64,000 bases of DNA, taken from positions 1,752,221-1,816,220 of the forward strand of contig CBDEUP010000007.1 in assembly GCA_965243315.1 (NCBI GenBank). The letters run 5' to 3'. Of the stretch, positions 62,386 to 64,000 are shown in pieces (position 1 is the stretch's first letter; each line of letters starts with the position of its first letter). Origin of the DNA: Alphaproteobacteria bacterium (GTDB lineage Bacteria > Pseudomonadota > Alphaproteobacteria > UBA828). The notes under the pieces are model-generated. The model saw nothing but the letters and a program-made list of their open reading frames with translations, did no database searches and was not told the DNA's origin. Both the position numbers and the translations under genes were made by a program.

Positions 62386-63223
62386 GGCGCATCTGCCGGT
62401 TCACAAACCAGGCCTGCATAAACAGGAGCGCCATCATCACGCCGATCAGGATGAGGGCGAGGGTCGAGCCGAAGGGCCAGTCCCGCGCCTTCAGGAACTG
62501 ATCGTAGATGAGGTTGCCGATCATCTTCGTGCGGCCGCCGCCCAGCAGGTCGGGCGTGATGAAATTGCCGATGGACGGGACGAAAACGAAGATGCAGCCC
62601 GCTGCGATGGCCTGGCGGGTCAGCGGTACGGTCACGGTCCAGAAGCCGCGCAGGGAGGACGCGCCGAGATCGGTCGCCGCCTCGCGAATCTCGGGGTTCA
62701 GCCGGGCGATGGAGGCGTAGAGCGGCAGGACCATGAACGGCAGGTAGCCGTAGACGAGGCCGATCACGATGGCGGTGTCGTTGTAGAGCAGCGAGAGCGG
62801 CTCATCGACGAGGCCGAGCCAGCGCAGCGCGTTGTTGATCAGGCCCTCGCGATTGAGCAGCACGATCCAGGCATAGGTCCGGATCAGGTAGTTGCTCCAG
62901 AATGGCAGCATGACGAGGAGCAAGAGGGGAATCTGAAGCCGCTTCGGCGCCGTCGCGATCAAGTAAGCGACCGGATAGCCGATGACCAGCGCCACCGCGG
63001 TCGCGATCGCCGCGATGCGCAGCGACTTCAAGAGGATGCCGAAATAGAGGGGATCGACGGCGCGGACGTAGTTCTCGACGTTGAAGACCGAGTCGATGCC
63101 GCCGTAGGTGCCGCGCTCGAAGAAGCTGTAGAGCAGCACCGTGGCGGTCGGTACAACCAGGAAGAGCGCAAGCCACGTGAGGCCCGGCCCCAGCAACAGC
63201 GCCCGGCGTAACGATTCCGGCAT
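62378..63223 (-). CDS. ABC transporter permease (PotB-like)
   Basis: Membrane permease with the EAATDLGAS signature. It overlaps the downstream permease by 8 nt. Confidence 0.85.
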   Translation of the reverse strand: MPESLRRALLLGPGLTWLALFLVVPTATVLLYSFFERGTYGGIDSVFNVENYVRAVDPLYFGILLKSLRIAAIATAVALVIGYPVAYLIATAPKRLQIPLLLLVMLPFWSNYLIRTYAWIVLLNREGLINNALRWLGLVDEPLSLLYNDTAIVIGLVYGYLPFMVLPLYASIARLNPEIREAATDLGASSLRGFWTVTVPLTRQAIAAGCIFVFVPSIGNFITPDLLGGGRTKMIGNLIYDQFLKARDWPFGSTLALILIGVMMALLFMQAWFVNRQMRHG

Positions 63224-63292
63224 GGGGGCGCCCGCCTCGGCGAAAGGACTGGCCGGCGCCGCCCGCGCGACGCCGGCCGTATCAAATCAGGC

Positions 63293-64000
63293 CTATTCGG
63301 AGGCCGTGATCTCCGTCACGGTCCGCGAATAGAGCTTCATGGCGTCGCCCACGTCGCGCAGCGCTTCCTGGGCGAGGATGTCCTCCGGCTTCATCGCCAG
63401 ATTGGGAAACGCCTCATAGAGCCCAGGGTCGAGCCCTTCCATGGCCTGGGCGTTCGGAACCTTGTAGAGGATGTTGCTCGCCACCCACGCGCCGACATCG
63501 GGGCGCAGCACGTAGTCGATGAAGGCGTGTGCCGCGTCCTTGTTCTCCGACGCTTCCATGATCACCATGGTGTCGGCCCAGAGGTCGGCGCCTTCCTTCG
63601 GCACGGTGAAGACGATGTCGGGGTTCTCGGCAACGCCGTAGTTGCACCAGCCGTCCCACGCTTCCACGAGCCAGGCCTCGCCGGAAACCAGCTTCGAATA
63701 GAACGTGGTGTCGTCGTAGGCGAGCAGGTCCTTCTTCGCCTCGATCAGCACGTCGCGCGCCGCCGCGACTTCGGCCTCGTCGGTCGTGTTGGCGGAATAG
63801 CCGAGCGCCTTGAAACCGGGAAGCAGGAGCCAGCGATCCGTGGCGAGCATGGTGATCTTGCCTTTGAGCGCGTCGCTCGGCCGCAGCAGATCCCACCAGC
63901 TATCGAGCGCACCTTCCACCAGGTCGGAGCGATAGCAGAGGCCCGTGGTCCCCCAGGCGTAGGGAACGGAGTGCGCGAGGCCCGGGTCGTAGGCGAGCGA
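63293..64000 (-). CDS. ABC substrate-binding protein (PotD/PotF-like), N-terminus beyond window
   Basis: Frame is open to the window end. C-terminal part resembles polyamine SBPs (WAS(K/N)...YKVP). Confidence 0.7.
   Translation of the reverse strand, partial: SLAYDPGLAHSVPYAWGTTGLCYRSDLVEGALDSWWDLLRPSDALKGKITMLATDRWLLLPGFKALGYSANTTDEAEVAAARDVLIEAKKDLLAYDDTTFYSKLVSGEAWLVEAWDGWCNYGVAENPDIVFTVPKEGADLWADTMVIMEASENKDAAHAFIDYVLRPDVGAWVASNILYKVPNAQAMEGLDPGLYEAFPNLAMKPEDILAQEALRDVGDAMKLYSRTVTEITASE

Overview
This is a high-GC (roughly 65-68%) alphaproteobacterial-type chromosomal segment with tightly packed genes, and it appears to be largely an accessory region. I found no rRNA, CRISPR array, integrase or transposase.

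Main contents, 5' to 3':
- Two tandem ribbon-helix-helix (MobC-like) small genes, the first truncated by the window edge and the second apparently frameshifted.
- B12-dependent methionine synthase metH, whose called ATG start overlaps a strong hairpin plus T-tract.
- Four spermidine/putrescine-type (PotABCD-like) ABC transporter systems. Two of them are inverted paralogous copies with Tat-signal binding proteins, and only one of that pair keeps an ATPase. A third is a GC mosaic.
- A TPR-2OG-Fe(II) oxygenase fusion and RidA.
- A radical-SAM PA0069/SPL-like gene preceded by a perfect alphaproteobacterial LexA box (GTTC-N7-GTTC), then rnhB.
- A NitT/TauT-type ABC system with a class-III aminotransferase, an MFS transporter, and D-aminoacylase.
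- An atypical urease cluster, ureF-ureAB(fused)-ureC, with no ureD/E/G nearby, followed by a cytosine-deaminase-like amidohydrolase.
- GS-hydroquinone reductase, hspQ, panB, a lipoprotein, panC, and tRNA-Ala(CGC).

Downstream of the tRNA is a variable region:
- A P450, an orphan mreB, and an IclR remnant.
- Two tandem TbpB-like beta-barrel surface lipoproteins.
- A lower-GC signalling island: an RsbW-like kinase, a GPP34/GOLPH3-family protein, a REC-PP2C phosphatase and a PP2C pseudogene fragment, plus a sensor histidine kinase flanked by LivJ-type orphan binding proteins, a HAMP-only membrane protein and an OFA-family MFS transporter.
- Finally a GT1 glycosyltransferase and a fourth Pot-like operon running off the window edge.

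The signalling island, which has no STAS antagonist or sigma factor in view, is the best candidate for an undescribed system.
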